Below, piece by piece: positions 32,251 to 46,504 of a DNA stretch of 64,000 nt. The first letter of the stretch is position 1. Every line of letters starts with the position of its first letter. The notes below the pieces were generated by a model, which did no database searches, had not been told where the DNA came from, and saw nothing but the letters and a program-made list of their open reading frames with translations. The position numbers and the translations under genes were made by a program. This stretch comes from the human T2T-CHM13v2.0 reference genome, Homo sapiens: NCBI RefSeq assembly GCF_009914755.1, contig NC_060929.1, one strand, 5' to 3'.

Positions 32251-35200
32251 AGATACACAAATGTTTAATACAGTCATTTGTATTAAATAAAGCTCAGCTG
32301 CTTCATTTTGTAATATTATTAAATTCATCAAAGAAAGCCTTACATCTCTGTATATGTTTCATCATATAAATATATACATAATTATATATAGTTTCTATAG
32401 CTATATGTCATTATATAAATCAGATTTTCCTTCTTGGGGTAGGAAGGAAACAATATAATTATTATAAAGACAATGGTTGCTCTAAAGACCATTAGATTAT
32501 CTCATGAAAAATTAAATCTGTGATTTTTAAACTAACTCAGAAAACATGAAACTATGATTTATTAATTAAGTAGATTCATTTAAACAGAACCACAAAATGT
32601 ACTTTTAATGTTTAGTGGTGATATAGTTTACATGGGTTTTACAATGTATTTATACAGTGAATCATTTTAACAGCGATTACCAGTGCATTTGTGATTCTCT
32701 CATTTTAGAAAGAGGTATAAATGAGAAAAATAACAAAAAAGAATGCAAGCTTTGGGTTCAATTTTTGCCACTGAGTAAGAAAACTAAAACTAAACTGAAC
32801 AAAAACACGTATTTTATAAAAGTAAGCCAGAGTACTGGGAAGCTGGAAAGTAATATGACTCAAATAGCCTACATTCATATCCCAGCTGTTATTAGTCTTT
32901 GAGAACATAATTAGGACAAATTCTCTTACTTAAAGGAAGTAGTAAATATCTTTAAGTTAGGTGATTTGATATAATAAGGGGACTTACAATTCAATATTTT
33001 GGTGTATCTATTCAATTGTCCTTAAATATCCTTTGTTTATTAAATGTGCCCTTCCTCCCTATCCAAACCCAAACCATCCTTGTCGACTGAATTCAAGTTT
33101 CACCACCTTCAACTCCTTAGTATTTATTTCAGTCTCCAGATATTCCCTTCTAACCCCACTACCTTTTAAACTATAACCGAAAGCCAGTTCTAAACAGAAT
33201 GGTACATAATATTTTCCAGCTTTGTTTCCCAAGCTGGACATTATTCTTCCTTGGAGGGCAAATGTTTTAATTTTGCACAGTGTATATAATTGGTTCTGAG
33301 TAAATATTTTTGGAAAGTTGTCCAATTTTAAATTGAGAAAATGAAGTCCAAAAGTAAATTTAATGACTGTTTTTACCCTTTTTTTTTTTAGCTTTGTAAA
33401 ATGAGGATTGAAAATTAAACCTAAGAAAATTCATGGGCAAATAAAACGAAGAAACTTGTAAGGGATAAAGCAGATCAAAAGTTAATATAAATGATTTCTC
33501 AGATTTATCCATTTTCAATAAAATTAATAAATTCATAATCTTTTTGAAAATTTAATACAGGAAAGAGAGAATCATTAATTCTACAATGAGAATGCTGTTT
33601 AATGTCACTAGAGAAGCCATGAAGCCGAGGCTACCAGCTCACTAGATATGAATTTCAGATGGTCACAGCATCCATGTTATTTTGTTTCATAGCACCTGAC
33701 AGCAGGAAGCTGATACTCTCAGGCTCCTTTATGTTCTATGGATTTCTGCTTTATTTATGTGTGGGAGACTACTCACTTCAACCTCAATTCATTTCCCTAA
33801 GTCTGGACAAATGAGCTAATCTAAAAAGCAAATCTGCTAAAACCAAAAGAACAGAAAACTAAAAAGTAATGAATTGATCAGCAATACTGGCACAAATCTC
33901 AGTGACAGTATCCACTTAAGAAAACCACAGAATCATTGCACATAAAATGTTAATGCTGGACAAGACTTAATGATTAAGAGTGTTGTCAAAAAAAAATCCA
34001 TTGGTACAATGGGTTAAGGTTTGCATTAGAAAATAGAAGTATATTTATTAAATCACCTAAATTACTAACTAAAATTCACCACAAGCAGAATTTTGAAGTA
34101 AATGGATATGGCATAATTTGTTTCACTAAGTCTTTAGTGAATAATACTTGGATGAATTCCAGGACTTCTGTCTTATAAATGAGGTTTCAATGAATAATCA
34201 GATTTCATTTGAATCATGGTAGAAACAAAGAAAATAAATTATCTAATACTTTTATTAAATAAAGTCCATAATCCTAAACACAATGTAAAATATTTGCTTT
34301 TTGTAAGAAAGATTTTTAAAAGATCCTCTTTGATGCCATCCTTTTTGATGCCATCAGCCTATTTTTTAAAAAAAGGACTATGCTTCTTAAATATATTGGA
34401 TGATATTATATTTCTGCCATTTTCCTGTGAATGTTACTCTCTTGCTTTAATAAAGTTACCATTAACAGAGATATAGTAAAACTTCCAATGTCTGATGTCC
34501 AATAGCACAAAACACAGAGACAAACAAATGACTGATCCATGTGCCTGGCAGATGCAGCCTTAGACCAATTACTGGTTTCCCTGCCCATCATCCCACCCCA
34601 GTAGAGATGCTTAGGGCTGAATACTGAATATTCTGTGTCTTCTGAGATATAAATAATATAAAACTTCAATGCTTTTAAAAAATAAATGGTGATGAATTTA
34701 AAGATAGAAAATTACTTCATGGTAGAATCTTGGCAAACGGTGTGTGTGTGTGTGTATGTGTGTGTGTGTCACAACCAAGTATTTCATATGGTTACAGTTA
34801 TTTCAAACATGACTTTTTACCATTTTAATATCTGTGAGGTCTTTTAGTAAAATATCATTGCCTTTTCATTGCTTATATTCCAAAATAATTCAGAAATTTT
34901 ACAATGGCTTTGAAATGATGTGTTCCCAAAATATAGATCCACACATTTGGCTTAATTAAAATATATTTTGAAATTCAAAAGATGAAGGGGGAAGAAAAAA
35001 AAACAGTGGGCAGGTCTAACTTGAAGAAAGATGAGATATTTCCGTGAAATCTGTACGTGTCATTTTGGTCAGGGGGAGTTATCTTTTTCATGTAGTTTTA
35101 ACTCATCTCAAGGACACTAACCATAAGAAATAAAGCACAATTTCTGCTTGATTACGTAGAGCTAATCTAATGTGCTACTGCCTTTATGTAACAGTGAGTT

Positions 35201-35599
35201 AATGACTGCTTTAGAGGATTTTTTTTCTTCCTGTTACAACAGGAGCTAAAATTAAATGTTTTTTTTTTTTTTTTTTTTTTTTCAGAATCATTAGGACCTT
35301 CTTGAAAGGAAAATAGTGTATCCACATTTGGGTGTTAATCATATAACATTGACAATGTAATTTTCTTATCTGCAAAACTTGTCTCCCTAGGCTAAATTTC
35401 TCCTTAATTGGGATGTCTTTAAAGAACTCAACTGATAAAAAAGTAGACAGGCCTAACTTTAAGGCAATGAAAATTGAATAAAGGTGCAGGACTATTCAGG
35501 GTGGGCCCACACCACATTTTTCTAATCTTTTAGAATATTTTCAAGTCTTGAATGCAAACTATTAATTTCTACCCTTCTAACAGATCCAATCTGCGGACC

Positions 35600-35990
35600 A
35601 AAAAATCTATATATCTTTCAAAATTTCTAGAGGCAGGGAACTCAAAATCTCATCAAGGAACATGTCATATCTCTCTCCCAGAGCTCACCTCTAGAAAACA
35701 ATGGACTAATGAGGCCCATTCTTTGACAGGCCAGTCATTCAAATATTTAAAAGCTATTGTAATTCTTTTCTTAACTGAGATAAATATCCCTACTTAATTT
35801 TACATATTATGGTATATACACCCTAGTCATCATTTTTGTTGACCTACTCTTGATAAACTCAAATTTGATAATGTATTTTAAAATATAGTAATGAGAATGG
35901 AAACAGTACTCCAGATGTGATCTAACTAGCACAAAATACAATGGTGTTATTACCTGTCTTGTTTAGGCGGCTTTATAACAACCAGCAATC
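35600..35990 (-). mobile_element. L3/CR1 fragment
   Basis: cagtactccagatgtgatctaactagcacaaaatacaatgg resembles the reverse L3 core. Confidence 0.55.
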
Positions 35991-36041
35991 CAACATTGTA
36001 AAGAATTAATTTCCTTTCCTTCCCTCCTTCAGCTACATCTT

Positions 36042-36167
36042 TTTTTTTTAATTATATTTTAAGTTCTAGGGTACATATGCACAATGTGCAGGTTTGTTAC
36101 GTATGTATACATGTGCCAGCACATGTATGTTTATTGCGGCACTATTCACAATAGCAAAAACTTGGAA
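36042..36167 (-). mobile_element. Mini 5'-inverted L1 (L1PA5-like) with a 16-bp TSD
   Basis: Poly(T) and reverse L1 3' end to 36118, then a forward ORF2-end fragment at 36119-36169. TSD ccttcagctacatctt at 36026-36041 and 36168-36183. Confidence 0.92.
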
Positions 36168-37028
36168 CCTTCAGCTACATCTTATGGACCAATTCCTAGA
36201 GTACTGGGAACTGGTAATCTTATCTTCTTGCTGCCTAAAGGCAAGATTAGTCAGAGGAGGTCATGCTTGGGGTTGAGTCAAGGGAGAATATAACTGGCAT
36301 GCAAACAATGTCAAAGGTATCTTTGCAACGGGAAAGAATTGCAAAATTTTGCAACAAAGAAAAGCCTTAAAGACATACTTTCAATCTTTCACTTTCTCTC
36401 TAGCAAAGAATCTAGTTTGCATATATTTCACATGTAGTTGATTAAAGTCCACAGACAGGAAAACCAAACATTTGTTCTAATGGAAACAATTTCCTTAGTG
36501 TCCAAAACTAGTGTCCATCCAGCAGAATATAAATATTTTGTAGCTTCTCATGAAATTTTCCATGTCAACTGACATTTCTAGTTGTAGATGTTTCTCCTGG
36601 AAACCAGCTTTAAAAGTTTACAGCTGTTTCTTCCAATAACTAATTTCTGGTTAGAAATTCTAGATTAAAACTTAGCATCAATTTCAGTCAATGAGCCACA
36701 TTCAGCCCTTTCCAAATCAACTACCTATTAGACCAAGTCCTGTCAAAAATAAAATAATTAATAAATCAAAAAATAAATTTATCTTGGAGGCAGAATAAAA
36801 CTGTAATAGAAAAATGTACAATTTAAACAATGTAATCCTCAAAAGAAAAGCCTGAGGTAGTACTTAAATGCTGTTCAGATAAGAGCTTTGTGTTCTTTTG
36901 TTTTTATGATTACACACTTGAATAATATATTATCAAGGGAAGTTATAGAGTCATATTTCTGGGATAATTTTGGAAATAACATTGAAGACTATATTTTGGT
37001 TCAAGGAGATGAATAGAGGCTCTATATC

Positions 37029-37341
37029 CAGGGTCTCCAACTTCCATGGGGCATGAACCGGTATGGGTCCCTGGCCTGTTAGAAACCCGGCTGCACAACA
37101 GGAAATGAGCCTGAGCCCCGCCTCCTCTCAGATCAGCAGCAGCATTAGATTCTCATAGGAGCAGGAACCCTATTGTGAGCATGCCTATGTGGGTTATCTA
37201 GGGTGTGGCCTCCTTAATCTAATGCCTGATGATCTGAGGTGGAACAGTTTCATCCTGAAACTATTCCCCAACCACCGGTCCATGGAAAAAATTGTCTTCC
37301 ACGAAACTGGTTCCTGGTGCCAAAAAGGTTGGGGACCGCAG
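37029..37341 (+). mobile_element. MER1-like hAT-Charlie element
   Basis: cagggtctccaac...cagatcagcagcagcattagattctcatagg...ccaaaaaggttggggaccgcag. Confidence 0.85.
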
Positions 37342-37397
37342 CTCTATGGAATACAGATCCACATTACTTTCCTGGTCTTGCTCCCAATCCTCCCCAT

Positions 37398-37529
37398 AAA
37401 CACCTTATAAACTGAGCAACCACTAATGCTAATTCTTCTAGAAAGTTTCCCCATGTCTCCTATTAAAACACCTTATAAACTGAGCAACCACTAATGCTAA
37501 TTCTTCTAGAAAGTTTCCCCATGTCTCCT
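37398..37529 (+). repeat. Perfect 64-bp direct duplication with a 4-bp spacer
   Basis: 37398-37461 is identical to 37466-37529; the spacer is atta. Confidence 0.97.
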
Positions 37530-38444
37530 GTTTTTCTGCTTTTTTATCATTCTATATTTGCTTAAAATGTTCCAATATCATAATGTCTACAGATTAAATA
37601 AATTTCCATCTCAGCTCATCTCACAAAAGCCACCACAACCATAAAATCTGATTCCTAGGACAGGAAGTGATCTTTCCCCACTTGATACCCATAGCACTTT
37701 GTTCCCCTCTTATGATAATTATTTTCTGCATTGTATAATGATTACTGATATGCCTGTCTTACCCTTTCTCAAATGTAAGTATTTAAAAGGCAGAGCCTTT
37801 ATCATCAGGTCATAGAGAAAGGGTAGATCACAGGCTCTCCATGAAGGCTCAATACACATTTGTTAAATGGAAGATCCTAATGTTCTTTTTTCCCTATGAT
37901 TCTATCTTTATGCAAAACCACAAAAAGCTTATTGTTGATCTATCATATCCAAGAAACTAATATTAATGTGCTATCATAAATTCCAACTTGGTATTTATTA
38001 TACCTTTACAGGATTCCCATTTTGCAATCTTATAAATAAAAAAATCAATTCATAACTTATTTGCTCTAAGCATAAGGAAGGCTAGATTCCTAAAGGACTG
38101 ATTCCTAATTATGCAAGCCTTACCTACATTACTCATAAATTTCATATAATAAAAAATAGGGCTCTCTTTTTCCCATATGAAATGAAGTGATTTGTCAAAT
38201 TATATGTTGAAGGAAATAAATTTTTTGAAAAATTAAAAGCTGACAACTAAATTGCCCCCAGTTTGTGTATTCATGCACCAACAGGAAAAAAAAAAAACAA
38301 CCTGACATAAAAATAATAAGTCAGTACTTATTGGACATTTCAATAATTTTATTAATGACTAAAATGATGAAAGAATAGTCAGAGGCCTAGATGTTTGATT
38401 TCTGCATGTAGCTTTAAAATAGTATATAAGGTTTAATTATTTAT

Positions 38445-39010
<566 letters not shown>

Positions 39011-39115
39011 TGCTGTCCTTGAAAGAATGTGTTCCTTCAGATATTTACACACTACAGAATTCCAGTAGAGCATGCTCAGCATGTAAGAAACACTGGAATT
39101 AGAAGTATTATTTTT

Positions 39116-39492
<377 letters not shown>

Positions 39493-40877
39493 TTAATTTG
39501 AACACAAGCACTGCAGTGTGCAAAAAGCATGGAACAAAATTGTAGGTTTAACACCTGTTCTTCCACTGAGCAGGAATCAATGACCTTGGTCTAATCATTA
39601 CATTTATCACAGAATCCCCTTCCCGTTTAACACTGACATTGATATTAGCTCCCTTGTTTATTTTCAGGTTATTTTATGTGTGTGTGTGTGTGTAAATGAA
39701 TGGTGCACTCTGAAAATACAGGCAAAATTAAAGGGAAAAGGGTGAGGAAAAAAGTCTTTGTCTTTGGCATTACAGTGACCGATAAACTGCATACAAAGAC
39801 TATCTGCCCACACACTTCAGTGTTTATCACCTGATGTCCTAATAACCAGCAGGGCTCATTGAGAAGTGAGCTTTACTACGGTAGTTGTGGGACAGGAAAG
39901 CATTGTGGAAAGTAATACAGCTGGACCTCCATATTTAAGAAGTAATGAAATCTAACCTTGGAAGCCAGAGGCTGTGCTGTGATGCACTCCAATTTATCTA
40001 TTGCCTGAAGAGCCAAAGTCATTGGTTAAAAGATAGCTAAGTTGACACAAACAGCATGTGTCTTGTTCTTGAAAACGTTTGTAGCTCCTTGTGTAGATGA
40101 GTAACAATAATGAGTTCTGTGTCCAGTGGCTCCCTGTGATTTGGATGAAGCACTTCTGGTTTGATTTCACAATGAAACCTTAGCAGATAAAGACATTGTG
40201 GGGTTATATGAACACATTGTATTAAAAAGGTGTTAATTCTTATTTGAAATTTGCTATATTTTCCAAGGATTAGTACGTAAGAAAACAAATATCTTTACTG
40301 GGTTCTATCTCTGGCTGAGAGATGGAAATTTTGCCCTCCCTATTTTTCTTTCCAGGCCTTGATTAAAACAAAAAGAAGATAACAATAAATATTGATTGTT
40401 GTCTATTTTAAATCATAGCTTGGTTAATTTTATACTCTCAAAGGCCAAAATTAAATATAATCTGGAAATGATTCAGCCCAATTCTACTCTCATTATATGA
40501 CTCATTTAAAAATTGTTACCCATGTACTTTAAGCATATGGATTATGGAATTTTCTTCACATAAATACTTTGATATATGTTAAACAATAAGTTGTCTTACA
40601 GTACAAAGTCACCTTGAGATGTAACCTAGTTTTTCTATGGCTCCGGGGAATGTGGCCAAACAAAACTCCAGAAACGATGACATCTACTTTAAGCTCTTTA
40701 ACAAAGAATCCATGCCTCTATTTCATCTCAGTAACCCTTATGCTTTATTGTAGTAATTCCTCATATCAAATAGCATGATTCTAGCACATAGGAGATACCA
40801 ATACGATTTGTATTAGATGTTACAGCAGGAGTCTGTAAAATTTTCAAGAAATTAATCCAACCTATCAAAACACTTAT

Positions 40878-41191
40878 GTATTTATTTACTTATTTAGTTA
40901 GTTTGAAGCAGTCTCTCTCTTTTGCCAGGTTGGAGTACAGTGGCATGATCTCAACTCACTGCAACCTCTGCCTCCCAGGTTCAAGCAATTCTCATTTCAG
41001 CCTCCTGAGTAGCGGGGATTACAGGTGTGCACCACCACACCTGGCTATTTTTTTTTTTTTTTTGTATTTTTAGTAGAGAAAAGCTTTTACCATGTTGGCC
41101 AGGCTGGTCTTAAACCCCTGAACTTAAGTGAACTGCCCGCCTTGGTCTCCCAAAGTACTGGGATTACAGGCATGAGCCACTGCTCCAGGCC
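40878..41191 (-). mobile_element. Alu (old S type)
   Basis: Reverse Alu with a (TTTA)-type tail. TSD caaaacactta / caaaacattta. Confidence 0.9.
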
Positions 41192-41316
41192 AAAACATTT
41201 ATTTTCAATGAATTCTTAAAGTGTCATATCTTTGTCTTCATTCTATCTTCTGTGTTACTAGTAGTATGAGGAAAGATGAGAACAAAGGCTGTGTCATTCA
41301 TCCGTTAGCCCTTTAC

Positions 41317-41364
41317 TTTCTTTGTCCACTTACCCTAAGCTTTCTTTGTCCACTTACCCTAAGC
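41317..41364 (+). repeat. Perfect 24-bp tandem duplication
   Basis: tttctttgtccacttaccctaagc occurs twice in tandem. Confidence 0.95.
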
Positions 41365-41381
41365 CTGTTCCATACTTTAGA

Positions 41382-41632
41382 TTGGGGTCCTACCAGTCCG
41401 TGGCCTGTTATGAACCAGGCAGTAGGTGAAAGAGCATCACTGCATGAGCTCCGCCTCCCGTCAGATCAGCAGCAGCATTAAATTCTCATAAGAACACAAA
41501 CTATTGTGAACTGCATATGCAAGGGATGTAGGTTGCGTGCTCCTTATGAGAATCTAATGCCAACCCACCTTCTGTGGCAAAATTGTCTTTCATGAAACCC
41601 AGTCCTTGGTACCAAAGAGGATGGGGACTGCT
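41382..41632 (+). mobile_element. MER1B-like element
   Basis: taccagtccgtggcctgtta...gagctccgcctcccgtcagatcagcagcagcatta...ggggactgctg. Confidence 0.8.
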
Positions 41633-42749
41633 GCTGTAGATGCTCTAAAACATGATTTAAGCTTTCTTTGATTAAATGCTTATTCCTTCTCTCATTGGTC
41701 TTGATTTTAGAGAATGTCCCTTTCTTTATAGTTTTTATTAACTAAACTCTTCACTCTTCTTTATATATGCCTAGTTCTAGTTTACCCTTTTTTAAATGTT
41801 TTATGGCCTACTACAGTAATCAAATGTTTGAATGAAAATTAAAGGAGATATAATCACATTATTTAAAAAATATATTTGATAGGACAACAATCTCTTCTTT
41901 TTCTCTTCATGTGTATTTTTCTTTTCCTATTATACAAATCAAATAACTCCAAATCTATATTACTATGAATAAGTGAGCATAAGTCCATTAAGCTTCCTCT
42001 TCATTATAAATCTCAATTTCTCTGATGATAACATTTCAACACCTTGCCATAACTGCTTAAAAGTTAATGTTTTTTAAATGACTTGCTTTATTTGGATACC
42101 ATAGTTTATGGTGCAAATAACTTAATCTAAAGGAAATAACAATAGGTATAATTTCCTAGAATAAAGAAATAGATTCATGTTGAAAATCAATGAAGAAGAT
42201 GAAATCAAGTAACAGAATGAAAGATTGTAAAGATTTTTGGCATGTTTTACATAGTATCGTATAAGTGATTTGTGAGTCTTCTATAGATTGCTTTTCCATG
42301 AAAGGGAAAAGCTGGAAGATAAAATCTTTCCAGAGATTAATGCTAAATTTGCCACTGTGGCCTATCACTTTGAATTTGTAATTTTCATTTTCATAAGTGT
42401 ATAGAATCATACATTTTGGCTGTGCCACAAGTGATTTCAGGTTAGGAGTAAAAGGGCAATTTGATATTACCTTCAATTTTCACCTTCCTATTTTTTCAAT
42501 AATTTTTTCTAAAATGTAAAAAAAAAAAAAAAAATCTAAGTTTTTCCTTAAGAGATTTTACCTTTTTACTCCTTATAAAAATAATTGAAGAGCTTTTGCT
42601 AAAGCCAATGTGATTAGGATTTGTGTAATCATGGCCATATATTTGTGTATAACATAAAAAGAAATATCTGCAAACATACCTATGTGTTTATCAACTTGTT
42701 GCTTTGCCAATAAAACTCTTCAAAAATAAAATTAAAAAGAGAAGCAACA

Positions 42750-43145
42750 TTCCACAGCAGATTGTAAAACTAGCCACAAACTCCTCCCCTTCTTGCATCC
42801 GCACATTTGTAAAATGAAATTGCATATATTCCCCTCAAAAGTGTTGTTAGCTACTGTGAGGCAAGCCGAGACTTGAAAAGTGCCTTTTAGGACTCGATCT
42901 TTCTTACTACTCTTGACACCTTTGCCACTGCCACTACGTAATAGTAGAGATCAGTTAACCATCTTCTATCCAGCGCCAGCTGACTGCAGACGCAGATATG
43001 AGTGCAACAAAGACGTAAAAGATGTTCCAGAGATGAATATCCACTTAGCTGTCTCACACACTTCTGAGATAATATGATTATTTTTTAATAAATCCATTAA
43101 ACTCTGTGATTATTTGTTAGGCAGTAAAATACATTCAAATACAAA
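42750..43145 (+). mobile_element. Old MLT1 LTR fragment
   Basis: gcagattgtaaaactagccacaaactcctcccct...ccattaaactctgtgattatttgttaggcag. Confidence 0.5.
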
Positions 43146-44629
43146 AGCAGTTATTCCCTATGAATAAGGACATACTCCTAGAAGAAAGGACAGTGGTTTA
43201 AATGACATACATCAATTTCTTAATGGGTCATTGTCTTTTCTTACAAATAAAAGCTTTACCACAAACTGGCTTTTACCCTTTGACTGGGCTAGAGTGGCTT
43301 TTGGTACTCAATAATATCTAAGGTTCTTTGATGTTATACATTTTTTTCTTTCTGAAAGTTAACATATAATTGTCACAGCTTGGAATTGCAAACTAACAAA
43401 TTCTAATCATTGTCATTATTAATAAAGCAGAAATATTTTTACATCAATAAGCTAATGAGTTTATATGGTATGTTACAGAATTTTTACACATATAAAATAT
43501 AATTACTTTTCCATAATATATGCAAAATTAGTACGAAAACTTTCCCTTAATTATCTGTCATCTTAACTGCACAATTATATTTGTTTGTATGAACTTATAT
43601 TTACCCTTTCTTATTATTAGAAAAGTAAGTAAACATAACTGTGAAAATAAATCCCTTTGACCCTAGTTGACTGGAAAATTTCTTAGCAATCATCTATTGG
43701 CTAGCAGCTTTAGAGAAAGTATTTTAGTCCGTGAAACATAGCTCTCATTATGGTAACTTCTAGAAAAATGGATTCAATCATGAGTCTAAGAAGTAATCTT
43801 AAGTAGAGGGGAAAATAAACCACCCCGACAACTACTCACAATTTCATCTACTATCTGAAAAATTTAACTGAAATTTACCAAATCCCTCATTTGGTAACCA
43901 AAGTCTCGAAATCTAAAATAACCCTACACCACCCAAGAGAGCTACTTAAGGCTCGTTAACTTTCTGATATTTCATGAACACTAACAAGAAGTCTTTCGGA
44001 CAACGTCAGACTCTATTATACTACTTGATATTCTGACACTGATCGCCTTCTGAAAGATAAACATGAATATGGCTATTCATAGAGTGAAATGTACAGTCAA
44101 CTTCTAGTTTTTTAAAAAATGTGTATGACAGTCTGTATTTTCTGGGATAAATATATTCAATTTTTCATAATAAAATGAAAGCTGAGGAACAGATTATTAG
44201 TGACAATATAGGAGGGTAACACATTTAATAGAATCTGAATTTGTGGTAGAAAAGGGATATCATTACCAAAGGGAAATAAGTTTCTATGGAATATGATAGG
44301 TAAAAGAGGATAAGAGAAGATAAAACAGAATAAAATAACTTTTCCTGAATATATATATGTATTTTTTACATGATATGCTATACATATATATATTTGGAAA
44401 TGAGAAGCCTGGCCAGATGTCAATGTAATTACAGAGAAGATAAAAAGAAATTATAAATAAAATAATATACAGTACTATTATCCTGTACTGACCTACTGTC
44501 AATAATACACATACTTTTAATTTTTTCCAAGTGATAATGAATCTTATATTACTACCAAATTCCAATGTTTATATTCTTTGTTTTGTCTGATCATTTTAAC
44601 AATATTTTACACATATTTACGACAAAGAC

Positions 44630-45978
44630 CATTTTTTAACTGCTATATCCTCAGTGCCAGGAAGAGTGGCACATAGCTGATACTCAAATATTTGATAGAT
44701 GAATGAGTAAGCAAATAAATAAATAGACAAATGTTTGTTTTAGCCATTTAATTTTTTTCTACAAATTCTTCTACGTGCCACAGTCAAGCTCTTTCTCCAC
44801 AACGCCAGCAAAACTAATCTTCCGTAAACCAACAAGATCATCCATCAATCACATGTAATCAAAGGAAATGCTTATCTTGCTTAACTGCTCCACAGTACTT
44901 GACACTGCTGATTACCCACTCCTTGAGACATTGTTAATCCTGAACTTACTGTGCACCACACTTTCCTGGTTTTCCTTCTACCTGACTACTCTGCCTCTCT
45001 GGCTCCTTTACAGATTTCACTTTCTCTGCCTATCACTTAAATATTGATGGCCTCTTACCGCTTTGTATTTCTAATTCCTCTATTCTTTCCCATGTCTAGC
45101 TCTTCTATTCTTTGCTATTATCCTGTTTCTAGACAGACTCATCCATTCCCTAAGCTTCAATAACCATCTATGTAATTATGACTTCTACATCTATGCTTGA
45201 CTTCTTAGATAATGTCTATCAAATTTGTCAAATTCAACATGTGAAATACTGAACTCTCCTTCTGCCTCCCAATCCTGTGTATTGTCATTTATAATATCTC
45301 AGTAAATGATACCCAGTTGCTCAGGCCAGAAACTGGGGATGCCTTTCTTTACTCTTAGTTTCTCCCAAACTCTTTTTCTTCATACCCCATAAATAAGCAA
45401 TAATTGTCTATGGTATCATCTAAATACTCAGTGACTCTCTCCTCTTCATCCCGTTAGTTACCACATTGACAGAAGCCAAGATCATCATGTCTAGCCTCAT
45501 CTGCTGCAATTGCCTTCAAATTGTCCCCCTGCTGTATTTTGCTGTAATTTGTTTTCCATATTGCACCAACAGAAATACAAAATCTCTTGTTTTTCTTAGT
45601 AAAAAGTTGAAATTTTTTTAAACACTGTACCAAACTCTAGAGTATCTGCCACTTGTCACCATCCTCAGAGTCAGTGCTGGCCACCATGTCCCTTCTCTCT
45701 AAGTTTTAGCCACATTTAACTTCTTTCAGTTTATGACATTATACCTTTTTTTTTAATCTCCTGGTTATTCTACACACTATTTTCTCTGTCTGGAACAGGT
45801 TTTGTTGTTTGTTGTAGTTTTTAGTCTGCAATAGATTGAAATTATTTTTTAGATTTATGTCTAGATGTTACTTTTTCAGGTTGGCATGCATTCCTTTACA
45901 CTTAGCTTAAAGCAAGACATCTGCTTTATATTTTTATGGCTCCAGGTACTTGTATCACAACACATAACAACATATCTT

Positions 45979-46028
<50 letters not shown>

Positions 46029-46200
46029 ATCTATTTTTCTATCTATTATCTATCTCCATCTTTCTGTCTGTATGTATGTCTGTCTGTCTATCTATTTGTC
46101 TCATCATCTAAACAGCAACTTGTTTATCATTGCCCCTCCACCATTCAAGTAACTATTACTTAGTAAACACTCAATAAATATTTGTTTGAAAATAAATGAA
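44630..46200 (+). mobile_element. L2 fragments
   Basis: Pyrimidine-rich L2 body (ttgacactgctgattacccactccttga) and 3' end cactcaataaatatttgtt. Confidence 0.65.
45978..46030 (+). repeat. (TATC)n tetranucleotide STR
   Basis: About 11-12 pure units plus degenerate flanks. Confidence 0.95.
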
Positions 46201-46409
46201 AACTAAGATTTTATTTGTTTAAAAAAAGTCACTTATTTTTTCCCTTTGATTACGTTAATATACTATGTATTTGAGTTGTAAAAGTTTATACTTTTTACTA
46301 GTTTAATGGATTACTCTGATAACACACATAGGATAGTTATGCCACAGAACTTGTACAATTTAAAAATTCTCAAGATTTCCATTTATGAACTGTATAATAT
46401 ATACTGATA

Positions 46410-46504
46410 GGCTGGGAGAGGTGGCTCATGCCTGTAATCCCAGCACTTTGGGAGCCAAGGTGGGTGGATCACCTGAGGTCAGGAGTTGGAGACCAGTCTG
46501 GCCA
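46410..46504 (+). mobile_element. 3'-truncated Alu left-arm fragment
   Basis: ggctgggagaggtggctcatgcc...gagaccagtctggcca, then an abrupt switch to (TA)n. Confidence 0.85.

Noticed and set aside
35258-35285. T25 followed by cag, as an antisense acceptor or solo poly(A) insertion
   Set aside because: No TSD and no recognisable downstream exon.
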